This document shows, piece after piece, positions 38,177 through 50,447 of a stretch of DNA of 64,000 nt (the first letter of the stretch is position 1; each line of letters starts with the position of its first letter). The notes below the pieces were generated by a model. The model was not told the origin of the DNA. It was given only the letters and a program-made list of their open reading frames with translations, and ran no database searches. Both the position numbers and the translations under genes were made by a program. Origin of the DNA: Sphyrna mokarran (lineage: Eukaryota); contig JAGIQG010000006.1 in NCBI GenBank assembly GCA_024679065.1, positions 8,246,001-8,310,000 on the forward strand, given 5' to 3'.

Positions 38177-38766
38177 TCAATCTATCTCCACCACACTCTT
38201 AGTAGTACATTCTAGGTTCTAATCTCTCACTGTATGAATCTGTCTCCACCACACTCTCAGACAGTACATTCCAGATCCTGACCATTCGCTGTGTGAATCT
38301 GTCTCCACCACACTCTCAGACAGTGCATTCCAGATCCTAACCACTCGCTGTGTGAATCTGTCTCTACCACACTCTCAGACAGTACATTCCAAATCCTAAC
38401 CACTCGCTGTGTGAATCTGTCTCCACCACACTCTCAGACAGTGCATTCCAGATCCTAACCACTCGCTGTGTGAATCTGTCTCCACCACACTCTCAGACAG
38501 TACATTCCAGATCCTAACCACTCACTGTGTGAATCTATCTCCACCGCACTCTCAGACAGTGCATTCCAGATCCTAACCACTCGCTGTGTGACTCTGTCTC
38601 CACCACACTCTCAGACAGCGCATTCCAGATCCTAACCACTCGCTGTGTGAATCTGTCTCCACCACACTCTCAGACAGTGCATTCCAGATCCTAACCACTC
38701 GCTGTGTGAATCTGTCTCCACCACACTCTCAGACAGTACGTTCCAGATCCTAATCACTCACTGTGG
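38177..38766 (+). repeat. 59-bp minisatellite (~10 units) derived from a CR1 segment
   Basis: Unit GAATCTGTCTCCACCACACTCTCAGACAGTGCATTCCAGATCCTAACCACTCGCTGTGT starts at 38236, 38295, 38354 ... 38708. Confidence 0.95.
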
Positions 38767-39399
38767 AGATTCTTTTTCTTCATTTTGTTCTTACTTCTTT
38801 TATGAATTACCTTAAGTCTGTATCCTTTCATTCTTGATTCTTTCTTGAGCAGCAATACTTTGTCTCCATTTACTCTGTCCACATAACCTGGAATTAAAAA
38901 TTAATGATGACCGTGGAACCGTTACCAACTGTTGTAAAAATCCATCTGGATCACTAATGTCGTTTAGGGAAGGAAATCTTCCATCCTTATCCGGTCTGAC
39001 TTACATGTGACTCCAGGGATGGGCAATAAATTCTGACCTAGCCATGAACAAATAAAAAAAAAGGCTCCTTTATGATTTTGAACACCTCGATTAAATCTTC
39101 TCTCAGCTGAGTCTTCTCCAAACAAATAGTCTTAATTTCTCCAATCTGTCTTTGTCACTGAAGTTTCCCAAGCCTGTAACCATTCTCATGAATTCTCTTA
39201 ATATCACCCACTCTCTATCTCTGCAGCCTCCCTAAGTTTCGCAATACCCCCCACGACCTCTGTTCCTCTGTCCCTGATTTTGATCCCACACTCGCACTCC
39301 CCACTATTGAGGACAAGCTTTAGCTGTCTCAGACTCCACACTATGAAATCCCCCGTTAAGCCCATTGCCCTACTCCTTTTAAGCTGCTTCTTCGACCCA

Positions 39400-39728
39400 T
39401 CTCATAGAATCATAGAATCCCTACAGTGCAGAGGAAAGTCACTCGGCCTATCAGGCCTGCACCAAGTACAATCTCGCCCTATTCCCACAAGCTCATATTT
39501 TTGCCCTGCTAATCTCCTGACACGAAGGTCAATTTTAGCACAGCCAATCAACCTAACCTGCACATCTTTCCAAAGATGTGAGAGGAAACCAGAGCACCCT
39601 GAGGAAACCCACACAGACACAGGGAGAATGTGCAAACTCCACACAGACAGTGACCCGAGATGGAATTGAACCTGGGTCCCTGACGTTGTGAGGCAGCAAT
39701 GCTAACCACTGTGCCATCGTTCTGCCCC
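39400..39728 (-). mobile_element. HE1-like V-SINE
   Basis: Complete head, V-domain and tail on the minus strand. Confidence 0.85.
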
Positions 39729-40513
39729 CACCTATTTGACAAATATATCATGACTAATCTTAACATCTCTCTTTTTCTGGATTAACATTGGTTAATTTGG
39801 GTGATGTCTTTTATGAAATGCCTTTTGATGCTTTTCTACATTTCACCAATGCAAGTTTGGCATCATCACTCTGTCCTATTTGGGCCATTTAATGTGTCTC
39901 TGGGTGACAGGGGGAATGTTTGACATTGTTATGGATTCAGCGGCAATTTACTGTGAATATTTGCCAGAATTCTGGAAATCAGAGCAGGTGAGGGGTGGAC
40001 AATGGAAAGGATAGAAGAAAAATCAAAGAAAATTACAGCACAGGAACAGACCCTTCGGCCCTCCAAGCCTGCACCAACCATGCTGTCTGACTGAACTAAA
40101 ATCCCTTATCCTTCCAGGTATCATATCCCTCTATTCCCATCCTATTCAAGACTTAACAGACCTTCCAGTCTCACTCGAGCAAGGCAGTAAAATCCTGCCC
40201 AGAGTGTCTGAACATCATAACAATTACAACGGTGGCTTTGTGGTGGAGTCAGTGGGTAGAATCCCGACCTCCAGACCACAGGCTTTGGGTTCAAATCCCA
40301 CCCAGGAGTTACTGATCATGGAAAGAGTGTTCGTAACGCAGTCCAACTAGCTGATAATCAACAAACTCCTGCTGGTACCCAAAAGGGAAAGAAGAGCATG
40401 AATGTGAGGGTATATGAGTGTGTGTGGCTGTGGGAAAATATGCTAAAAGTAACAACAATTCTCATTTAATTTGATTTTCTTCCATATAAATGTGTGTTTA
40501 TCTCTTCCCTTAG

Positions 40514-40575
40514 ACACAAGCCAGATTCAACCAAATTTCACGAAGTTAATAACAGTAAAGTGCAAGCAATAACAG
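40514..40575 (+). CDS. SIGLEC15-like: Siglec-15-like gene, exon 5: cytoplasmic (RHKPDSTKFHEVNNSKVQAIT)
   Basis: Acceptor tctcttcccttag|, donor CAG|GTAATT, phase 2 in / phase 1 out, continues the frame of exon 4. Confidence 0.72.
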
Positions 40576-41689
40576 GTAATTATGGAGTGATTTAAACTGA
40601 TGACCAACAATTAAATCATGATTCAGTTCTTTCACTCCAGAGATTGGTCTTCTCAGGACGGAGAGGTTTAAGGAGAGATTTACTGGAGGTGTTCAAACTA
40701 ACTGGAGGCTTTAATAAAATGTACCTGTTACAGTGGGGGTTTTAACATCACCATAGGCTGTTCTTCCCTTTGAGGGAAGGGTTGGCTGGAGATAATTTAA
40801 CCTGACAGTTACCACACCTCAGGCGAGGGGCAAGGTTGAGAAGGTGGGGCTTCATGAATAATCTCTAATAAGGCCCGTACAGGAATTGAACCCATACTGT
40901 TGGCATCGCTAACCAGCCCACTGAGCTAAACTGGTCTGTGAAGGAGAGGAAGGGAGGTGATGCATAGACAAATATGGAAGAAACACTACATCAGTCTGGA
41001 AAGCAGAGCAAAGACAGACAGAGTAATGCACGTGGGAATGTTGTGTGTATCCAGCAGAAAGTAATCTTTAATTGTAGGCAATGAAATGAAACAAAGCTTA
41101 TTCTAACAGATAAAGCAAACAAAAAAGGTTTAATAAAGAAACTTAATTACTCCAACACTTAAGGCCTCACATAAGGACATAAGAACATAAGAAATAGGAG
41201 CAGGAGTGGGCCATCCAGCCCCTCGAGCCCGCCCCGCCATTCAATGGCTGATTTGAAGTGAATCAGTTCCACTTTCCCGCTTTTTCCCCATAACCCTTAA
41301 TTCCCTTGTCTATCAGAAACCTATCTAACCGTGACTTCAATATATTCAGTGAGGTAGCTTTCACCACTTCAATGGACAGAGGATTTCAGAGACTCAGCAC
41401 TCTTTGAGTAAAGAAGTTCCTCCTCAACTCTGATCTAATCTGCCCCTCCCCCTTATTTTGAGGCTGTGCCCTCTAGACTGGCTATCCTTTCTAAGCAGGA
41501 AGAATCTCTTTACCTCTCACCCTGGGTCATTCCAGCAATTCAACAATTCCCAACAGGTTCCTATTTATACTGAGTCAGCTGGTCACCATATCATTTTGTC
41601 AATTGATTACAGCTTATTACCATTAATTACACTATAACAGATCCAATGTTATCATTGGTTACATTCTAACATAAAGCAAGGCTAGATGG

Positions 41690-43890
41690 CATTTATTTTA
41701 ATGCAAGGAGTCTTATGGATAAGGCTGACGAACTGAGGGTGTGCATTAACACATGGGGATATAATATTATTTCTATCACAGAGACATTGCGGAGGGAAGG
41801 ACATGACTCTTGAGACGAGTCAGGGACGGGCTGTAAACCAGGGAGTGGTGTCACAATATTGATTAAGGAATCAGTGAGTGCAGTAAGGAGGGATGATGTC
41901 TTAGTAAGCTCCTCAATTGAGGCCATATGGGTGGAAATGCAAAATAAAATGGGGGCAATCATATTGTTGGGGGTGTACTACAGGCCCCCAAACTGTCAGG
42001 GAGAACAGAAAGTGCAAGGAGCGGGGGCAGGGGGGTGGGGCGTAATTCAAATAGAAATTAGGAAAGTAAAAAAGAGCATAAAAAACAATGGCAGGCAAAA
42101 TAATGGAAAATCCCAAGTGTTTTATAATGATTTAAAGGCAAGAGGGTAACCAGGGAAAGAGTGGGCCTCATTAGAGACTAAAGTTCAACATTTATGTGGA
42201 GCTGATGGATATAGATGATGTATCACCACATCTGTCTTCACCCAAGAGAATGAGGATGACGGTATGGAATTCAGGGAGAGAGACAGTGAGGAATTTGAGC
42301 AACTTGACATAGGGACAGACAAGGTATCGGAGATGTTGCAGCCTTAAAAATAGATAAATCTCCAGATCCAGATGAATTGTGACCTAGACTGCTGTGGGAA
42401 CCTGACACAAATTTTCAATTCCTCTCTGCAGAACTTCCACTCACCTGACAAAGGGACAAACTGCGAAAGCTAGTGGTGTTTATTACCAAATAAACCTGTT
42501 GGACTTTAACTGGTGTTGTGAGACTTCTTACATAGGAGAGGTGTCAGAGGACTGGCAAACAGCTGATGTTGTACCATTATTCAAGATGGGAAATAGAGAA
42601 AAAAACTAGGAAATTACAGGCCAGTGAGTCTAACATCAATGAAAAGAAACTTTTTGGAAAAAAACTCTGAGGTGCAGGATCAATATCCACTTGGACAGAG
42701 GCAAGGGTTAGTTAAGGAAAGTCAGCATGGCTTTGTTAGGGGAAGATCACATCTAACATACTTGATTGAATTTTTTGAGAAGATGACGTAGAACATAGAA
42801 CATAGAACACTACAGCACAAAACAGGCCCTTCCAATATAAAAAGCAATGCCCCTCCAAACTAAACCATTCCCTTCTCTTCCATATACTTATCAACTAACC
42901 TCTTAAACGCCACCAAACTTGGCGCATCCACAACTGCTGCAGGCAGGGCATTCCACTCCCGAACCACCCTTTGGTAAAGAACCTACCTCTGATATCCGTC
43001 CTATAACTATCACCCCTTAATTTAAAGCTGTGTCCCCTCGTGCTAGCTTTCTCCATCCTAGGAAAAAGGCTATCACTGTCCACCCTATCTAAACCTCTAA
43101 TCATCTTATATGTTTCAATAAGGTCTCCTCTTAGCCGCCTCCTTTCTAACGAAAACAACCTCAAATCCCTCAGCCTCTCTTCGTAAGACCTGCCCTCCAT
43201 ACCAGGCAACATCCTGGTAAACCTCCTCTGTACCCTCTCCAATGCCTCCACATCTTTCTTATAATGCGGGGACCAGAACTGCACACAATACTCCAAGTGT
43301 GGCCGCTAAGGTACAGTTGCCTTCCTGAAAAGATCTTGATGACTAAGGGTGTAGATGAGGACAGTGCACTTGATGTAGTCTATCTGGAATTCAGTGAGGC
43401 TTTTGACAAGGCCCCACATTTGGAGACTGATCGGGAAGGTAAGAGCCCATGGGATCCAGGATAATTTGGCAAATTGAATCCAAAATTGGCTTTGTGGCTC
43501 GAGGCAGAAAGTGATGGTGGCAGGTTATTTTTGTGACTTGAAGCTTGTCACAGGAATGGGTGCAGGATCCTTTACTATTTATCATGCACCTTGATGATCT
43601 GACGTGAATGTGGACGGTATGATCAGTAAATTCACAGCTGAAATGAAAATTGGTGGTGTGGTAAATAGCAAGGAGGAAAGTCTTAGACTACAGGGTGATA
43701 CAGAGGGGCTGGTCTGAAAGGCAGAACAATATCAAATGGAATTTAAGTCTGAAAAGAGTGAGGTGATGTGCTTTAATGGACAAGGAGAGGGAATACACAA
43801 TGAATGATTGTACGGAAGTACAGAGGACCAGAGGGACCTTGTGATGCATGTCCAAGGATCCCTGAAGGCAGCAGAACAGGTAGATAATAA
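41690..43890 (+). mobile_element. Old deleted CR1 ORF2 with a nested Penelope-type fragment (~42430-42531) and a nested minus-strand CR1 3' end (~42790-43310)
   Basis: NARS/EN remnants at ~41700; RT remnants at 42540-43890; ORF 42895-43296. Confidence 0.8.
42430..42531 (+). mobile_element. Penelope-type pLTR fragment with a decayed hammerhead motif
   Basis: CAC-CTGACAA-AGGGACAAACTGC-GAAA-GC-TA-GTG, then CAAATAAACCTGTTGGACTTTAAC..GACTTCTTAC, homologous to the 32898-32998 arm. Confidence 0.7.
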
Positions 43891-44821
43891 GAAATATCAC
43901 TTATAATTTATTTCTGGAATTAAGAATCTACTGACGACCATGAAACCATTGTCAATTGTCGGAAAAACCCATCTGGTTCACTAACACCCTTTAGGGAAGG
44001 AAATCTGCTGTCCTTACTGGTCTGGTCTACATGTAATTCCAAGGCCACAGCAATGTGATTGACTCTCAACTGCTCTCCAAGGGCAACTAGGGATGGGCAA
44101 TAAATGCTGGCCAGCCAGTGATACCCCCGTCCCATGAATCAATAAAAAACATGAAGCTTGCCTTTATTTGCTGAGGGGTAGAAAACAGAAAATGCTGGAA
44201 TGTCATGAGCTACCAGAATAGCTGAGTTTCCCAACATTTCCTGTTTTTATTGCATTAGTGAACCAAACAACCAAATAGGCTTTTCCAACAATCAATGATA
44301 GTTGTTGCACTCACCATTATTGAGACTAGCTTTCAATCTCAAATTTATTAACTGAATTTAAACTCAGTGACTTTACACCAATATCTCCTTCAAATGTAAC
44401 AGTTTTCAACAGATTGACGTGTGCGTTTGTTTTGAGCCTGTCCCTTTGAATAGACAAGGTGACCTCTAGGGGCTAAAGAAGTTGATCTATTGGCAAATTC
44501 ATTGAAATAGTTTTTAAGACATTATCAAAGGCAAATGAAATGTCTACAGAAACCTTTCAGACCCAATCCTCTGGTCAGCATTTTTAACCATTAACTGCTG
44601 CAGAAATTGAGTTTAGCTTTTTAATATATTCCTACTGCATGTTATCAAAATATCTTTCCATAGTTGAAGTGCTTGAGTGAAATGTCAGTGAGAACTACTC
44701 TTGGACTATGCAAAATTCCAGATAACATTCTCTGTCTTGTAAATAGAGACTAAAACAGCATTGGTAGGAGCAGAATCTTTGTCCTCACCCATAATATGCT
44801 TGGTGGCAGAGGGGACATTGA

Positions 44822-45155
44822 AGGGATAGCATTGTAGCACTGTTGTTAGCATTGCTGCCTCACAGCGCCAGGGACCTGGGTCCAATTTCAACCTTGGGTC
44901 ACTGTCAGTGTCGAGTCTGCACATTCTCCCTGTGTCTGCGTGGGTTTCCTCCGGGTGCTCCAGTTCCTTCCATAGTCCAAAGATGAGCAGGTTAGGTGGA
45001 TTAACCATGCTAAATTGCCCTAAGTGTCCCAAGATAGATTATAGGGATTAGCGAGGGAAATATTTGGGATTACAGGGGTAAGATACTCTGTTGGAAAGTC
45101 AGTGCAGACTCAATGGGCCAAATGGTCTCTTTCTACACTGTGGGGATTCTATGAT
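44822..45155 (+). mobile_element. HE1-like V-SINE; further copies at ~15250-15535, 16925-17140, 19601-20280, 30805-31070, 47580-47885, 49670-49940 and 53310-53600
   Basis: tRNA-like head plus V-domain in each copy. Confidence 0.8.
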
Positions 45156-46788
45156 TTAATTGGGTGGGAATGTGGGGGGGTTCTGATCATGACACTTCCA
45201 CCTCTGTGCACAGGCAGGCTCCTGGACAGCTCACCCCCATTGGCATTCTTTAGTAGCCAATTCTTGCCCAGTTGAGGGTCTCATCCAGCTGCTGCTGATA
45301 TTAAGTTTTCCAACAGGGTGTCAATCATTCAAAAACACTCAGTGCCTGATGGAGAACGTGACAGCAGGTAGGGGAATCACTGAGAGCCACACACCCTGCT
45401 CTTGCTACTGATCTCCCTCATCCCCCCCTCCCGCTCAAGAAGTCAATGCCACTATCACTAACCTGTGCCAGGCTCCCTCTTTGATGAGGCCCCAGGCTGG
45501 TGCAGTGCCAGCAGCAGCCCTCAAAGTCCTTGACCCTGGGGGGGGGGGGGAAGGCCCTGCAGCTGCCCTCACAAGTGCCTGAATGAAGAAGGTGCAGTTG
45601 CCTTCCTGAAAAGAGGCAGCATGGGGATTCTCACCAGCTCTCCAGCTAGTGGCCGAGATCATTGTCAGCTTCATAAAATTCCCCCCAAAATCTCAAACCG
45701 CTAACCCATCTCCAATTATCTCTTCATGACATTTATGGAAACTCAAAATTTATTTTTTGATATCTTTATCCACGTTGAGAATTTTTTTTATTCATCCATG
45801 GGACATGAGCATCGCTAACTGGCCAGCATTTATTGCCCGTCCTTAGTTGTCCTTGTTCAGAGGATAGTTGAGAGTCAACCGCATTGCTGTCACATGTAGG
45901 CCAGACTGGGTAAGGATGGCAGGTTTCTTTTCCTAAAGGACATTAGTGAACCAGATGGGTTTTTCCAACAATCGACAATGGTTTCATGGTCATCAGTAGA
46001 TTCTTAATTCCGGATTTTTTTTATTGAATTCAAATCCCACCATCTGCCATGATGGGATTCGAACCCGGCTGCCCAAAACATTTCTGGATTAATAGTCCAG
46101 CGATAATACCACTTGGCCTCCCCATTTTGCAGGTTATGCACTTGCCTTTCCGGTTATGGCCCAAGTATTTAACATGGTGACTCATTTCTTCCCTGCAATA
46201 CATTCAAGGCCTTTGGTCGAGAACTTTTGGTTTTGACCCTGGAAAAACTGGGGTCAACTTTTTAGACCAAAAATCATGAGGTTGACATTTACAGGAGAAT
46301 ATCTGGTGAATGAGGAGGAAGATCTTAGAGTTGGGAGCCAGAGGACACACGATGTGTGATGAGACTTTTCTTTTAATTTGGAACAAACTTGAAAAACTGA
46401 AACATAAATAGAAAATGCTGGAAAATCTCAGCAAGCATGATGGATGCTGGGACAGTGAGTAAATTTAAGAAGGAATTAGGCAGATTTTTAATTGGTAATG
46501 GGTTGAAGGGTTATGGGGCAAAGGCAGGAAAATGAGGATAAGGAGCACATCAGATATGATTGAATGATGGAACTGATATGATGAGCCGAATGGCCTAATT
46601 CTTATGAACTTCTGTCTGACAACATCTGAGGGAGAGAGAATAGAGCCAACATTTCGAGTCTCAATGAAACAGATTATTCTAGAAAAGAACCTTAGAGTGG
46701 AATGTACTGGGAATAACTAAATCTGTAATACTGGCTTAGCATTCTGTTAGTATCTCCAATGTTGAGGTTAGTTCTTTCTCTTTTACAG

Positions 46789-46862
46789 AGACAACTTGCG
46801 CTGTCCCAGAATCCCCTCCTGAAGTCAACAACGAACGACTTTCTATTGGTTGTGATGAGTGA
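46789..46862 (+). CDS. SIGLEC15-like: Siglec-15-like gene, probable terminal coding exon (ETTCAVPESPPEVNNERLSIGCDE*)
   Basis: Strong acceptor ttctttctcttttacag|, phase 1, stop TGA at 46860-46862, followed by unique sequence (putative 3' UTR); total CDS 1002 nt. Confidence 0.6.
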
Positions 46863-49800
46863 TTGAGGCCTCACCCTGGGATTAGACGTTGCCCCGTCTG
46901 GAGGTTACCTCGAAACAAAAACAAAACACCTGAAGGGATTGAGATTCTGTGTGAAATGGCCATCATCACGTGGGAATCCCACTCTGAGCATCGATGCAAT
47001 ATGTGCAGATGGGTGAACTGAGACTTCTACAGATGTCTTCTCTCGGACTGCCTGATTGGCTGGATTCACACAAAGAGCTACCGATGACCCAATCAACTGA
47101 CTGTCCAATGAGGGATCACCACAGCCAGAAGGCAGAAGATCACCATCGTCTATATGAACCCCTACATAAAGACTGACAAAGCCAAAGATTGGGGAATGGG
47201 CGTAGAGGTTCTGGTCATAGATTCATCAGCTGCAGATTTCATACTCAGGGATGTGGCTGTCACTGGCATTTGTTCCCCATTGCCTAAGACAATGAGTGTG
47301 GACTACCTTCACCTCCCCTCAAAGATCTTCGCAGAGATTTGCTGATATAACCAGGTGTCTGATTGAGTCATATTCGAATGAAGAGTTATCCATATTGGCA
47401 TGGGACTGCAATCATATCAGCAAATCCCCATCGCTGGAGGAAGTTCAAGAACCAGTTAGGTTTTTCAAACAATCCAGCAACTTCATGATTGTTTTTACTG
47501 ATCACTTTTAAATTCTAGACTGAATAGAAATCAAGTACTGATATTCAAAGTGACATACCCTGGATTATTAGTGCAGTAACATAGAGTCCTTACAGTGCAG
47601 AAAGAGGCCATTCATCCCATCAAGTCTGCACTGATCACAATCCCACCCAGGCCTGATCCCCATAACCCAAAGTATTTACTCTAGCTAGTCTCCCTGACAC
47701 TAAGGATCAATTTAGCATGGCCAATCCACCTAACCAGCAAAGCTTTCGGACTGTGGGAGGAAACCGGTGTGCCCGGAAGGAAACCATCTAGGCATTGGGA
47801 AAATGTTCACCGACAGCGATCCAAGCTGAGAATCGAACGTGGGTCCCTGGCCCTGTGAGGCAGCAATGCTAATCTTTGAGTCACCGTGTTTACTGACATG
47901 TTTGGGGAATAGTGAGCTCATTGGCTAGCGTGAATTACAATGTGGATTTGTAATTCACGGATCTGTGCCAATTTGCCCCACACTCAGAATGATTCCTCTC
48001 TGTCTATATACAACCAGTATCTCTCTCAATTGGAGAGAAATACCAATGGAACATAATAGACTAAGATCTGTTCTGGATTTTTTATCTTTGCGGGAAACTC
48101 TAGATTGGCGGAAATAATCACCATCTGAGGACTTCTACAATCACTCAGTAGCTTTACAACAATGCAAAAAACGTAAGCCTCCTGTCACCTCAGTGTTATT
48201 ATTTTATTCAGATAATTTAATTATATTGTACATATGGTTGAATAAGTGATAATTTAAATCATTAGTGGGCAGTTTCTGGGTTTTGTCACATGAATTAGTG
48301 AATCTTGAATAAAATATTGGACCGATTCCTGTGTCAGATCTTAACAATAAATCTAACATTGATAGTAGACAAATGAATGACCTCAGTCCTGAGTGTTTGT
48401 TGCACAATCTCAGTATTGTTTATTTTCCACACATAAGAACATTACTCACAATAAAGCTCAGATTTAGTCTCCAGCTGAGAGGATTGAGAATTAGCAGAAC
48501 ATGTTGCAATAGCTTCGGTGTTTAGACGTTTCGATCATTGATTAACATCTCAAAATAACCAATGATCAGTTTATACTCATACACAGTGGCAATTCTGTTA
48601 TCAAACCCTTCAGCTGCCTGCCTGGATTTGCTGAGTATTTACTGGGAGTACAACTCCAGACTCACTGAATCTTACAATGGAGACAGAGGCCAGAACCCCA
48701 TCACCTTGTGTCTGCCACCGAAACGGAGCTGGCAAGGGACCGACAACAGAAATCTCCGTGGACCTCGGGTGGGAATCTCTGGGCTTGCCCAAGCGAGGCT
48801 GTAAAATCCCACTGAGACTCTCCTATCCATTGAGCCATTGCCAGCTCTGAGTAATAAGATCAAAAGATCATTGGAAATAGGATCCAGGAGTGAGCCTTTT
48901 GACCCATCTGGCTTGCTGCACCATTTAACAAGGTCACGGCTTATCCGCTTGTGACCCCGATTGCAGTTTCCAGCTTGTCCCGTTCCCCACCCACTCCCCT
49001 GTTTACCAAAAGTCTGTCTGAATCCGGGTTTGACCCCGCCCCCACTGCTCTCTGGGGAAGAGAATAACACTGACTAATAAATCTCTAAAAAACATCCTCC
49101 TCATCTCTGGCTTATATGGGAGGCTCTTTACTCTTGAAACCGTCTCCCCCGGTTCTAGGTTCCTTCAGTATTGGAAACATCCTCCCAGCATCCACTCTGT
49201 CAAACCCACCTGAGGATCTTAAAGAGATCACCATTCATTCTTCTAAATTCCAATGAGTATGGGTCCAACCATTCCTCATAAGAAAAACCCCCTTCATCCC
49301 AGGAATCAGGCTGGTAAACCTTCTCTGAACTGTTTCCAATGCAAGTATACCTCTCCTTATGTAAAGAGACCCTAACTGTCCCTAGTACTCTGGATGCAGT
49401 CTCACCAATGCCCCACACAACTGTTCAATTCAGTTCTACGCTGCATCCTTTCTAAAGTCTGACATCCATTTTAAAGTATTGGATACAATATTCCAGCAGA
49501 GTCTAACCAGCCATTTGTAAAAACTCAGCAGAACTTTCTTTCCACTCGATAGTACTGATCAATTTATAAAATCAACTCTCCTGGCAGCTTGCTGAGCGGA
49601 TTCACTTGCTTGTTTCAAATTGGAATACCCCAGTCAACAGAGAGAAGCATCTTCTCATTAATTTAACTGTGGCAGCACAATGACACCATGGATCTGGGTT
49701 CGATTCCCGGCTTGGGTCACTGACTGTGGAGTTTGCAGGGTCTCCCCGTCTCTGCGTGGGTTTCCTCCGTGTGCTCTGGTTTCCTCCCACAGTCCGAAAG

Positions 49801-50306
49801 ACGTGCTAGTTAGGTGCATCAGCCCAATGCTACATTCTCCCTCAGTGTATCCGAACACAGAGTGGGGCAACAAGAGGATTTTCACAGTAATTTCATTGTA
49901 GTGTTAATGCAAGTCTACTTATGACTAATAAATAAACTTTTAAAAAAACATAATCCAGATTTAAATACTTGCATCAGAGATTCAAAAGACTGGGGTGGGA
50001 ATTCTCCAGCCTTTCATAATCCCACTGCCAGGGAATTTGGCACTCCACCGAATCCCTGTTCACAACAGCGGGACTGGAGAATCCCAGCTGCAGGCAAAGT
50101 CGGAAAATCCAATTCTGGATTTTACCCCAGTCGGGAAACAAAAGTGAGAGTTTTACCCTGTCCCACATTGGCTATGCATTTATTAGGCTTTGCCAGTGCT
50201 CCCAGGCACATTAAGCAGATAACTAAACTGCAAAGTCCCCAGATACAGAGTCAACAATTAATATGGAGTGAATTAACTATCATTCAGTGGCTGGTTTAAT
50301 TTTTAG

Positions 50307-50447
50307 TAAGAAGTCTGACAACACCAGGTTTAAGTCCAGTCGATTTATTTGATAATAAATTCACAAATAAATCGGTTGGACTTAAACCTGGTGTTGTCAG
50401 ACTTCTTACCATGTTTACCCCAGTCAAATGCCAGCATCTCTATATCA
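50307..50447. mobile_element. Second Penelope-type fold-back insertion (46-bp arms)
   Basis: Arms 50306-50351 and 50364-50409 (2 mismatches); 15-bp TSD TGGTTTAATTTTTAG at 50292-50306 and 50448-50462; tail homologous to that of 32797-33039. Confidence 0.8.

Noticed and set aside
38177-38766. CRISPR-like regular repeat array
   Set aside because: Units are contiguous with no unique spacers, the unit derives from CR1, and the context is eukaryotic with no cas genes
46133-46235. Alternative Tyr-containing cytoplasmic exon (ttttgcag|GT TAT GCA CTT..)
   Set aside because: The acceptor abuts a SINE end, the peptide is hydrophobic and featureless, and the 46789 acceptor is much stronger; cannot be fully excluded without RNA data
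48562-48804. 80-aa ORF with Tyr residues as a further Siglec exon
   Set aside because: It starts in a repeat remnant (CTGCCTG..TTGCTGAGTATTT), ends in the MITE-like repeat, and lies downstream of the in-frame stop at 46860
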